A stretch of 64,000 nt of DNA, from the NCBI GenBank assembly GCA_965243025.1, contig CBDETY010000003.1:6592001-6656000 (forward strand), written 5' to 3'. Below are positions 55,640 to 64,000 of this stretch, one piece after another. The translations under genes and the position numbers were made by a program. The notes under the pieces are model-generated. The model made no database searches. It was not told the DNA's origin and saw nothing but the letters and a program-made list of their open reading frames with translations. This stretch comes from Candidatus Latescibacterota bacterium. GTDB taxonomy: Bacteria; Latescibacterota; UBA2968; UBA8231. Numbering within the stretch: position 1 is the stretch's first letter; the number at the start of each line of letters is the position of its first letter.

Positions 55640-57862
55640 ATGAATGCTGAACGAACCGGGCGCGGGGAACCGGCTCGCCGCTCGAGAAACGAGCCTCTTC
55701 TGGGGCTGCTTGCGGGGGTACTGATTGTCGCTTTCTCGGGGGGTGCGGCGAACGGGCGCACGATAGTCTTCGGCGGGGAGAGCGGCATCGAGTGGAGCGG
55801 CGGCGGCGACGGCATCACGCCGGTCTACATCATAGGGTCGCAGGCGATCGAGTCGGGAAACACTCCCGGCGGAGTGATCGACTTCGGCACCAGGGAAGGC
55901 TGGATGTCGCCGGAACTGGCCGACGAGTCAGAGAATATCGCCCTTGGCCTGCTCCAGCGGGGGGGTGTGATTACGGCGCCGAGCGTGCTGGAGAATCTCG
56001 ATACGGTCCTGCCCCTTATGGTCGACGACGACGGCGAGACCGCCTTCGAGAGAAAGGACTCCCCCGGGAGGCAGGTGAACACCCTCGGGGTCGTACTGCA
56101 GTTCGACCTCGGCTCGCAGTTCGGCGTCAGCAGGTTCAAGTTCTTCCCCAGGAACGCCGACCAGGCCTACGCGACCGAGGCGTTTCCGTTCGAAGACGAT
56201 TTCCTGCGGGCGTTCGAGCTGTTTCTCAACGACGGCTCCGACGAAACCCAGATCAGCGGCCGGCCGATATTCGGCCCCGGAGTCCTGCTCGAGCTGCAGA
56301 ACGACAAGCCGGTCGTCGAGCTGGAGATCGAGCCCCAGCTCGTTCGCCACATCCAGCTGAAATCGCATACCACCGTCGATTTCGAAATCGCCGAGTTCCA
56401 GGTTTTCGGGGCCGGGTTCGTGCCCCGGGCGCAGTACCTGACCAACATTCTCGATTTCGGCGAAAACCTCGCCCTCTGGGGCCGGATCCGCTGGGAAGAG
56501 GAGAGCATCGGCGATTCTCTGCGCTCGCGCGTCGAGATCCGCACGCGGACCGGCATCGACGATACTCCGGTAGTCTTCAACCGCCGCCGCCCTGACGAGG
56601 CGCAGGTTCCCTGGGCGGAGGCCGGGGAGTTCGACGAGGGTTCCCGGGAGAGGGAGATCGTCGAGATTCTCGATGCCGAAGACCTCGATCCGCGGGCGGC
56701 CCTGCGGCTGTACAACGAGTTGCCGCTCGATCAGCGGAACGCCATCGCATTGAGTGAAGGGGAGTACGGCCGCCTCAAGTCGGGGGTGAAGGGCCTCGTG
56801 CGGGACGACGTGGACAACTGGAGCACCTGGTCGCCGCCGTACTCCTCGGCGGGGGTCGGAACTGCTTCCCAGATTGCCGCCGGAGAAGGCGGGGTTCCGA
56901 TCGTTTCTCCCGGGCCGGCGCGCTATTTCCAGGTGAGGATCGATTTCGAGAACGACGACCTGTTCTCCGCCAGGAGGGTCGGAGCCCTTTCGATCGACGT
57001 TTCCGGTCCCTCTCTGGCTGAGCGGATCGTGGCTGAAATCAGCCCCCGGGAAGCGGACCTGGGACGCGCCCGGGAGTTCTCCTACACCGTGATACCCGAT
57101 CTGCGTCCCGGGATCGACCTCGGCTTCAGCGCCCTGGAGATTTCGACGCCGGTGCGCGTCCTGTCCATCGGCGAGATCACCTATACACGGCCGGATGGCA
57201 GCACCTCCGCGGAGGAATTCGGGGACGCAGACCTCGAAGCCCTTCCGATCCGCCGCGGAGATCTCAGCATCGACCTGATCGAGGAGACGCGGTTCCGCAT
57301 CGGTTTTCCCACCGTGGAATCCAGCCGCATCGAGGATGGGGAGATGACCGTAATAAAGGTCACTTTCACCTGCCCCGTGCTGAGGGCCGCGACCGCTTTC
57401 TCAGGCAGGGCGCTTCCCGACGCGGCGGAGGGCCTGCCGCAGGAGTTGAGCGGCGGCAACGCCGCCGACATCGCCTCCGCCTCCGGGGGGAAGGTGGTGC
57501 GCAACGCCGCCAACATTGTCGTCCAGGTCCCGATAAAAGGAGCCCTGTTGATCAACGCGGGCGCCACTCCGAAGGTCTTTACTCCGAACGGCGACGGTTT
57601 CAACGAAGCCACGGTCCTCGACTACGACGTGACGAGCCTGATCGGGAGCGCGGATGTAAAGACGCGGATTTACGACCTTTCCGGCCGCCTGGTGCGGGAG
57701 GTATACACCGGCACCGACAAAAGCGGCAGATACTCGCGGAGCTGGGACGGAACCGATGCCTACGGAAACGCAGTGCCGCCCGGCTCCTACCTGTTCAGGA
57801 TATCCGTGGACGCCGACTCCGGGAACGAAGAAACGAGTGGGATAGTAGTCGTGGCGTACTGA
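55640..57862 (+). CDS. Exported protein with discoidin-like domain and C-terminal FlgD-Ig/CHU_C-like domain
   Basis: Signal peptide; FGAGF...Y.TNILDFG, RTRTG.D, WSTWSPPY, VFTPNGDGFNE and WDGTD..G..VPPGSY; ends VAY. Confidence 0.8.
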   Translation: MNAERTGRGEPARRSRNEPLLGLLAGVLIVAFSGGAANGRTIVFGGESGIEWSGGGDGITPVYIIGSQAIESGNTPGGVIDFGTREGWMSPELADESENIALGLLQRGGVITAPSVLENLDTVLPLMVDDDGETAFERKDSPGRQVNTLGVVLQFDLGSQFGVSRFKFFPRNADQAYATEAFPFEDDFLRAFELFLNDGSDETQISGRPIFGPGVLLELQNDKPVVELEIEPQLVRHIQLKSHTTVDFEIAEFQVFGAGFVPRAQYLTNILDFGENLALWGRIRWEEESIGDSLRSRVEIRTRTGIDDTPVVFNRRRPDEAQVPWAEAGEFDEGSREREIVEILDAEDLDPRAALRLYNELPLDQRNAIALSEGEYGRLKSGVKGLVRDDVDNWSTWSPPYSSAGVGTASQIAAGEGGVPIVSPGPARYFQVRIDFENDDLFSARRVGALSIDVSGPSLAERIVAEISPREADLGRAREFSYTVIPDLRPGIDLGFSALEISTPVRVLSIGEITYTRPDGSTSAEEFGDADLEALPIRRGDLSIDLIEETRFRIGFPTVESSRIEDGEMTVIKVTFTCPVLRAATAFSGRALPDAAEGLPQELSGGNAADIASASGGKVVRNAANIVVQVPIKGALLINAGATPKVFTPNGDGFNEATVLDYDVTSLIGSADVKTRIYDLSGRLVREVYTGTDKSGRYSRSWDGTDAYGNAVPPGSYLFRISVDADSGNEETSGIVVVAY

Positions 57863-57898
57863 CGAGCGCCGCTTCTGGAAAAAAGGGAGAGTTCCTAT

Positions 57899-60694
57899 AT
57901 GACCGGGATTTTCATGAGGGGGTACGCGCGCCTGCTGATCCCCGTCCTCGCAGCGGCAGTACTGGCGACAACGGTCCTGGCGCAGGACTACGGCGCCCGC
58001 CTGGGGACGAGGCGCGGAGGTACGGTCACCTTCGAACCGCGGGGAGCCGGGGTGCTCTTCGACGCCCTCGACCCGGCGGTAAAGAGGTGGTACGTCCCCC
58101 AGGAGCTCTACAACGAGTACCGCTGGAAGTCCTGGGAGTATTCGAACTACGCCAGGGTTCCCTACCAGCGCTACGTCAACACTGCCCTCGAAGGCGACTA
58201 CTTCTACGACGTGTACGGGAACTACGTCACCAGGGGGTGGCTGATCTACGACTGGAGGCAGGAGGCCAACACCCCGCAGGGCAGCTCGATCTATCAGGAC
58301 GCCAACTACCGCAACTGGTTCAGCAGCCTGGTCGTGGCCTCCGACTCGAAGGGGTCGGTATTCTACTCTCTCACGGTCGGCGATGACATCCGCACGACAC
58401 TGACGCCGCTGACTTTCTCGAAGCCTCGCTACAACGGGATTCAGCTCGATGCGGCGACCGACAAGTACGCGGGAACGCTGTTGCTTTCGCGCGCCAACAG
58501 CCCGATAAACGGATCGGTCACGGTGCCGGATCGCCGCACCAGCTCGACCAATCTGATCGCCGGCCGGGTGACCGCCCAGGTCGGCGACTTCGTCACCGTC
58601 GGCGGCACTCTCGTCAACGCCCACAACTCGCGCTCCAGCCTCGGTGCATTCAGCGGCAATTCCTTCAACGGCACGCTGGCAGAAGGGCAGGGGAGTTCGC
58701 CGGTGACGGCCATCGCCCTGATCCTCAGCGACGATTCACCGGAGGACGGGGAGGCGGGAGCCGCCCTGTTTTCCCACGACGTCAGGGTCGTCCGCCAGGA
58801 TTTCCAGAGCGGGGCCAGAACCACCCTGCGGCTCGCGGACCTGACCAGCGACCCGACCCGTTGGCCGATAATCGAAGGGGGTTTCTTCGAAGAGGGATTC
58901 CTTTCGGCCAATGGCCGGCAGCGAATGGTCATCAACTACGACTTTACCGATCCGGCCTACATCGGACCCGACCCGAGCGAGATCGTCGAAGTCGCTTTCG
59001 AGCTGATACTGGCAAACGACTTCAGGGTCCAGGTCTGGTCCGACCGGCAGACAGGTCAATCGGTCGTGCCGAACGCGCCCCTGACCATCGCCGCCCTCGA
59101 CAACGAGAACCCCGCCCTGCTCGAGGTCGCGCAGGCCTCGGGCAACGTCAAGGACGGCTCCAACCGCCAGCGCGTGGCCTTCGATTACGGGCTTCCGACG
59201 GCGAACCAGATAGCCGGCTTCACCATCGAGCTCACCGACGTCAAGGGGCTCGACGTGTACGCCGAGTACGACGTCAACCACCGCTTCCGGCAGTACCCCA
59301 ACGCCGCCCGCTTCAACGACAACAAAACCTTTTCGACCGCCTCCTCCAGCTCCGAAGCGTGGATGGTGAACGCCTCGTACAAATCCTTTCCGTGGTTCTT
59401 TTTCGGCGAGGCGTTCTCGATGGAGCGCGACTACTCGACGAGCACCTACATCGTCAACATACTCGGCGACGTCGTTTACGACCGGCCCTCGAGCTCCTTC
59501 TACGAATTCGTCGACGACAACGACGACCAGGACCGCTATCCCGACTGGCAGCGGCCGAACCAGGGGGGGCGCGACCTGGAGATTTTCCCGGGCTGGGACG
59601 AGAACAACGACTTCGTCTCCGACTTCAACCAGAACGACAACCGCTCGATCAGCAACCGCCTTCCCGACTACGAGGAACCCTTCCTCAGGTACACCGTCGA
59701 CCGCCCGGAATTCCTGTTCGGCATCGACCTGAACAACAACGGCTGGATCGACCGCTTCGAGAACGACGACGAGCCCGACTACCCCTACAAGCGGGATCAC
59801 AGCGGCTACAACGCCTACGGGGGTGTAAATCTCACCGCTTACGGGCGGGTGACCGTGGGGCAGACCCGGCAGGAGCTGTTGTCGTCGAACCGGAGGAACA
59901 ACACGACCTACGGTCTGGCGAGCTTCGACAGGGATTACTCGGCCCTGGGGCGTCTGCGGATATTCAACATGCTCAAAAGGGTCGAGGACAACATTCCCGA
60001 CGACCGCTTCGAGCCGCAGGCGTTTCTGCTGGCCGGGGCCCCGCGCAACGTCCCCGACATCGTGCCGGCGCCCGACACCTGGGTCAACTCCCTGTGGCTG
60101 GGGTTCGATTACCGGCGAATCTCCAATCTCAACGTGGTCAACAAGGTCAAGCTCGAGACCTATCTGCAGCAGGATGACGATCCGCGGGCCCTGGACGGGA
60201 GCCAGCTCAACAGCGAGTCCGCCTTTTTCGGTGTGGTCAACCGGGCCGATTACACCTACGCGATCGGCGCCTTCATCCTGCAGCCGCGGGTCAAGAGCGA
60301 GTACCTGCGCCAGACCGCGTTCCTGAAGCGCAGCCAGGACCGCAAGGAATGGCGCCGCCTGATCTCTCTGACGGGCAAGACCCCGATCCTGCGGAACTCG
60401 CAGTTGGAGCTGGGGCTGGAGCTGATGCAGCTCGCCGATTTCGAGCTCGACGAGCAGGAGCTTCTCGACCAGAACACGATCGGTCCCACCGGAGACCTCA
60501 CCGAGACGAACCTGGCCCTGCAGTGGTCGACGCGAACCGACTACCAGGGGTACAAGCTGTTGCTGCAGACCGGGTTCAGGCTGACGCGGGCGGCGATCGA
60601 GACGATCGAGATCCGGGAACTGGAAACGGTGAAGAGGGAGGAATCAGAAACTACGGGCACCACTTTCCTGACCATTTACGCCGGTCTGGAATGA
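57899..60694 (+). CDS. Exported 931-aa protein, putative outer-membrane beta-barrel with Asp/Asn-rich Ca-binding-like insert (paralog A)
   Basis: Signal peptide VLA|Q; alternating aromatic/polar strands in the C-terminal third; FVDDNDD and GIDLNNNGWIDRFEND. Confidence 0.7.
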   Translation: MTGIFMRGYARLLIPVLAAAVLATTVLAQDYGARLGTRRGGTVTFEPRGAGVLFDALDPAVKRWYVPQELYNEYRWKSWEYSNYARVPYQRYVNTALEGDYFYDVYGNYVTRGWLIYDWRQEANTPQGSSIYQDANYRNWFSSLVVASDSKGSVFYSLTVGDDIRTTLTPLTFSKPRYNGIQLDAATDKYAGTLLLSRANSPINGSVTVPDRRTSSTNLIAGRVTAQVGDFVTVGGTLVNAHNSRSSLGAFSGNSFNGTLAEGQGSSPVTAIALILSDDSPEDGEAGAALFSHDVRVVRQDFQSGARTTLRLADLTSDPTRWPIIEGGFFEEGFLSANGRQRMVINYDFTDPAYIGPDPSEIVEVAFELILANDFRVQVWSDRQTGQSVVPNAPLTIAALDNENPALLEVAQASGNVKDGSNRQRVAFDYGLPTANQIAGFTIELTDVKGLDVYAEYDVNHRFRQYPNAARFNDNKTFSTASSSSEAWMVNASYKSFPWFFFGEAFSMERDYSTSTYIVNILGDVVYDRPSSSFYEFVDDNDDQDRYPDWQRPNQGGRDLEIFPGWDENNDFVSDFNQNDNRSISNRLPDYEEPFLRYTVDRPEFLFGIDLNNNGWIDRFENDDEPDYPYKRDHSGYNAYGGVNLTAYGRVTVGQTRQELLSSNRRNNTTYGLASFDRDYSALGRLRIFNMLKRVEDNIPDDRFEPQAFLLAGAPRNVPDIVPAPDTWVNSLWLGFDYRRISNLNVVNKVKLETYLQQDDDPRALDGSQLNSESAFFGVVNRADYTYAIGAFILQPRVKSEYLRQTAFLKRSQDRKEWRRLISLTGKTPILRNSQLELGLELMQLADFELDEQELLDQNTIGPTGDLTETNLALQWSTRTDYQGYKLLLQTGFRLTRAAIETIEIRELETVKREESETTGTTFLTIYAGLE

Positions 60695-60710
60695 TGGAGG
60701 CCCTGGCAGC

Positions 60711-63485
60711 ATGAACGAGCTCATGCCGACAATCAGACGCCGGGCAAGCCGCATCGGTTTTGCCTGTCTGCTGGCCGCCCTGGCAGGTCAGCCGCAAACC
60801 GGAGAAGCGCAGCCGGAGTACGGCAACCGCCTGGGTGAGCGGGGACCCACCGGGGTGGTGTTCCGGCCCTACGGCCCCGGAGTGGACACCGGGCTCCTCG
60901 ACCCGATGCTGAGAAAACAGTACCTGCCGCAGGAGATTCGCCACGAGCACCGGTGGCGAACATGGCAGACCACCAACTACGCCGTCGACTCCTTCAAGCG
61001 CTACCTGTCTCCCCGTCTGCAGGGAGAATACCACTACGACAACTTCGGGAACTACCTCACGAGAGGGTGGCTGGTCTACGACTGGACCGAAGACCGCCCG
61101 AGAACCTCCGAAGGCAGCCGCATCCTCAGGACCGACAACTACGCCTCCTTCTTCTCCAACCTGATCATCGCCGCGGACCAGAAGGGGCAGTACTCCTACG
61201 CGGTGACCATCGGCGACGAGATCCGAACGACCTTGACGCCGATGACCTTCCGCAAAGCCGTCTTCAACGGAACCAAACTCGACTTCGCCTCGGACCGGTT
61301 GTCGATCACCGGGCTGATGTCGCGGATAAGCGCCCCCGGCTTCACGACCGACCCGAATCCGGCGGCGCTCAACAACGCCGTCAACATGCAGGCGGGCAGG
61401 GCGGAGTTCAGCATCGGCGACCACGTCATCCTCGGGGGCACTTTCGTGAACGCCCACAGCACGCGAGGAACCCTGGAAAGCTTCAAGGGCAACCCCCTGA
61501 AAGGAGCCCTGTCGACGAGCCAGGTGCAGAACCAGGTCAACACCATAACCATCAGGCTGAGCGACGATTCACCCGGTGATTCGCGGGGAGGGGCGGTGCT
61601 CCTTTTCGACGACATCGAGGTTGCGACCGCCATCGGCGGAGTCGACACCGTGCTTTCGGGCAACAGCATCGGCTTTACTCCCGACAGGGAGGGGGGGACG
61701 CTGAGGGAAGGAGTGCTGGTCGCCGACGGGAGCGAGCAGATCCTGCTGCGTTACGAGCTCGCCAAACTGGGGGAGATCATTAGCGACAGGGACCTCGTCA
61801 AGAACATCACGGCGGTCCGCTCCCGCCTCATCCTGGTCAACGACTACAAGGTCGAGGTAACCTCCGACCGCCAGACCAACCTCGAAGGACAGCCGGTCTT
61901 TCTGACCGTGGCCCAGGCCGAGGGCAACATTCAGGACGGGTCCAACCGGCGCGAGGTCGCTTTCAACTACGGCCTGCCCACGGCCAACCAGATCTTCGGG
62001 TTCACTCTCGAGACGAATGAAATCCTCGGCTTCAGGTTGTTCACCGAGTTCGACGTCAACCACCGGTACCGGCAGTACCCCAACAACCAGCTGCAGAAAC
62101 ACCAGGCGTATTCGGGGATCGAGGGAGACGAGACCGCCTACGCCTGGATGATGAACCTGTCGAAATCGGACTACCCCTGGTATTTCCTCGCTGAAGGCTT
62201 CTACATGGACGAAGACTACAGCACGAGCTCCTACATCCTCGACGGGATCGGCAGGGTCGACTACGAGGACGACACGCGAAGCCTGTACGATTTCGTCGAC
62301 GACAACGACGACGACGACAGGCTGCCGGATCAGAAGCGGCTCTACCAGGATCCCAGGCAGGGACACCAACGGCAGAACCAGAGCCGCTCATCGGCGGGTT
62401 TCGCCGACGACGCCATCTTTCCGGGGTGGGACGAGAACGGGGATTTCGTCTCCGACTTCAACCAGAACAGCAACCGGCTTCAGGAGAACGTCTTTCCCGA
62501 CTACGACGAGCCCTTCCTGCGCTACTCCTCGGACCGTCCCGAGTTCCTGTTCGGCATCGACCTGAACAACAACGGCTGGATCGACCGCTTCGAGAACGAC
62601 GACGCACCGGACTATCCCTACAAACGGAACCAGAAGGGGTACAACCTGTTCCTGCGCCGCTACCTGTCTCCCGAGCTGCGGCTGCAGGGGGGGCGGACGC
62701 GGCAGGAGCTGATATCCGACGACCGCAGGAACCGGACGACTTACGGGATGGTGGCCTACGAGCGGGATTTTGCGGGTGCGGGGAAGTTCCGCTTCTACAA
62801 CCTGCTCAAGAAAGCCGAAGACGACATCCAGGACGATCTGGTCCAGTGGGTGCAGGCTCCGGGGTCGACGGGCTCGCTGACGCCCGTAGCCGACCCCCTG
62901 GCCGCCCTCGACACCTGGATCAACACCGCCTGGCTCGGCCTGGAACGGCGTGCCAACCTGGGAATCAACTTCGCCCACAAGCTCAAATACGAAACCCTGA
63001 GACAAGGTTCGGGCGAGAGCGGGCACAAGAAGAGCACCCGCTTCCTGGGGGTCGTCAACAAGGCGGCGTACCTGATCGACGCCGGCAACCTTCAGATCAG
63101 GCCCCGGTTGAAAAGCGAGCTCCTGAGAGACAATACCCCCTATGCCCTCGGGGGGGAGGAGCGGCAGGAGTGGACCGGCACGCTCGATGTTTCGGTGCGC
63201 TTCCCCTTCCTCAACAAGAGCCAGGTCGAGCTGGGGGTCGAGCAGCTGTTCTTCGAGGAGCTGATCGTCGACGACGAGGAGGTGGAGGAGGGGGAATTCA
63301 CCGGCGATTTCCGCAACACCGTGCTGGCGGCCCAGGTGACCAACATCGGAGAGTACGGGGGCTACCGGTTGATAACCCAGTTCGGCTACAGCCTCAACAG
63401 GAGGAGCTTCGAAAGATCGGACCGGGAGCGGCAGTCCGAGACGGGCGGTCTGTCGTTCGCGACGGTGTACGCCAGTCTGCGGTGA
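60711..63485 (+). CDS. Exported 924-aa protein, paralog B of 57899..60694
   Basis: Colinear shared motifs: YG.RLG, Y.PQE, GNY.TRGWL.YDW, IRTTLTP.TF.K, LSDDSP, YGLPTANQI.GF and IFPGWDEN.DFVSDFNQN. Confidence 0.7.
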   Translation: MNELMPTIRRRASRIGFACLLAALAGQPQTGEAQPEYGNRLGERGPTGVVFRPYGPGVDTGLLDPMLRKQYLPQEIRHEHRWRTWQTTNYAVDSFKRYLSPRLQGEYHYDNFGNYLTRGWLVYDWTEDRPRTSEGSRILRTDNYASFFSNLIIAADQKGQYSYAVTIGDEIRTTLTPMTFRKAVFNGTKLDFASDRLSITGLMSRISAPGFTTDPNPAALNNAVNMQAGRAEFSIGDHVILGGTFVNAHSTRGTLESFKGNPLKGALSTSQVQNQVNTITIRLSDDSPGDSRGGAVLLFDDIEVATAIGGVDTVLSGNSIGFTPDREGGTLREGVLVADGSEQILLRYELAKLGEIISDRDLVKNITAVRSRLILVNDYKVEVTSDRQTNLEGQPVFLTVAQAEGNIQDGSNRREVAFNYGLPTANQIFGFTLETNEILGFRLFTEFDVNHRYRQYPNNQLQKHQAYSGIEGDETAYAWMMNLSKSDYPWYFLAEGFYMDEDYSTSSYILDGIGRVDYEDDTRSLYDFVDDNDDDDRLPDQKRLYQDPRQGHQRQNQSRSSAGFADDAIFPGWDENGDFVSDFNQNSNRLQENVFPDYDEPFLRYSSDRPEFLFGIDLNNNGWIDRFENDDAPDYPYKRNQKGYNLFLRRYLSPELRLQGGRTRQELISDDRRNRTTYGMVAYERDFAGAGKFRFYNLLKKAEDDIQDDLVQWVQAPGSTGSLTPVADPLAALDTWINTAWLGLERRANLGINFAHKLKYETLRQGSGESGHKKSTRFLGVVNKAAYLIDAGNLQIRPRLKSELLRDNTPYALGGEERQEWTGTLDVSVRFPFLNKSQVELGVEQLFFEELIVDDEEVEEGEFTGDFRNTVLAAQVTNIGEYGGYRLITQFGYSLNRRSFERSDRERQSETGGLSFATVYASLR

Positions 63486-63872
63486 TTTCGAAGTCCAGAA
63501 CAGATGATTCGCCGCCGGGAGGCTTGCCCGTTCCCCGCATGCGGTGCTATATTCCGATGTCTTGTAACATCTTATAAATTCTGAATTTGTCCAATGGCGC
63601 CGCTTTCTTCGGCGGCTCCGGCCGCGCCCGTCCCCAAGGGCGTCGAACTTTCCCTCCCGCAACTTCACGGACCCTGGCTCCCCTGCCACGGCTGCGCCGG
63701 CGTTTCGCTCGCCGCGCACCGTGACGTCAGGCGGAAAGGACCCGTCCTGCGGCGGCTATGCGCCTGACGCAGGCAGGTTCTGCCTGCGCACCGGGGGGTC
63801 CGGTGATGAGCGAACCACTGCCCCACCGGTTGGAAAGCGGAATCCGGCAAAAATGCAGCTGAGAGACCGGCC

Positions 63873-64000
63873 ATGATACTGGATATACGCCATTTGCAAT
63901 GGCCCGAAGAGGACGAGGATCAGGCGGACGCCGTCGGAAAGGAAAAAGCCGAACCGCAGGCGCCGGAAGAACCCGATGTCCCCGAGTTAACCGGCAGCCC
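63873..64000 (+). CDS. Possible 5' fragment of a CDS truncated by the window edge (MILDIRHLQWPEEDED...)
   Basis: The reading frame is open from the ATG at 63873 to the end of the window. Confidence 0.35.
   Translation, partial: MILDIRHLQWPEEDEDQADAVGKEKAEPQAPEEPDVPELTGS

Noticed and set aside
1-64000. CRISPR array, cas genes or IS elements
   Set aside because: No regularly spaced repeats and no cas or transposase motifs were seen by eye.

Overview
This is a high-GC bacterial window. Its gene content (C-terminal 'TWGxIK' proteins, FlgD/CHU_C-tailed exported proteins, two PhyH dioxygenases, a sulfatase) suggests a Ca. Latescibacterota/FCB-related organism, which is an inference. From left to right it holds: (i) a lower-GC islet (about 1-3470) encoding a small putative winged-helix protein and a SAMHD1-like HD dNTPase fused to a PD-(D/E)XK nuclease domain, a candidate anti-phage system; (ii) an ECF sigma/anti-sigma/periplasmic trio; (iii) the Hen1-Pnkp RNA repair operon; (iv) a heparinase-like exported protein, an ATP-grasp protein, larE, def and tRNA-Asp; (v) sugar and sulfate catabolism genes and a liv-type ABC transporter; (vi) an 18-kb cell-envelope locus (45.2-63.5 kb) with two GT-C/TPR glycosyltransferases, a parvulin PPIase lipoprotein, a His1/TWGxIK exported protein, two large FlgD/CHU_C-tailed exported proteins and two paralogous proteins of about 930 aa that may be outer-membrane proteins. 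Paralogs of the exported families also occur at 18.7, 31.4, 32.3 and 37.0 kb. No CRISPR array, integrase or transposase was seen. All family assignments come from motif recognition by eye, not database searches, and GC contrasts are visual estimates.
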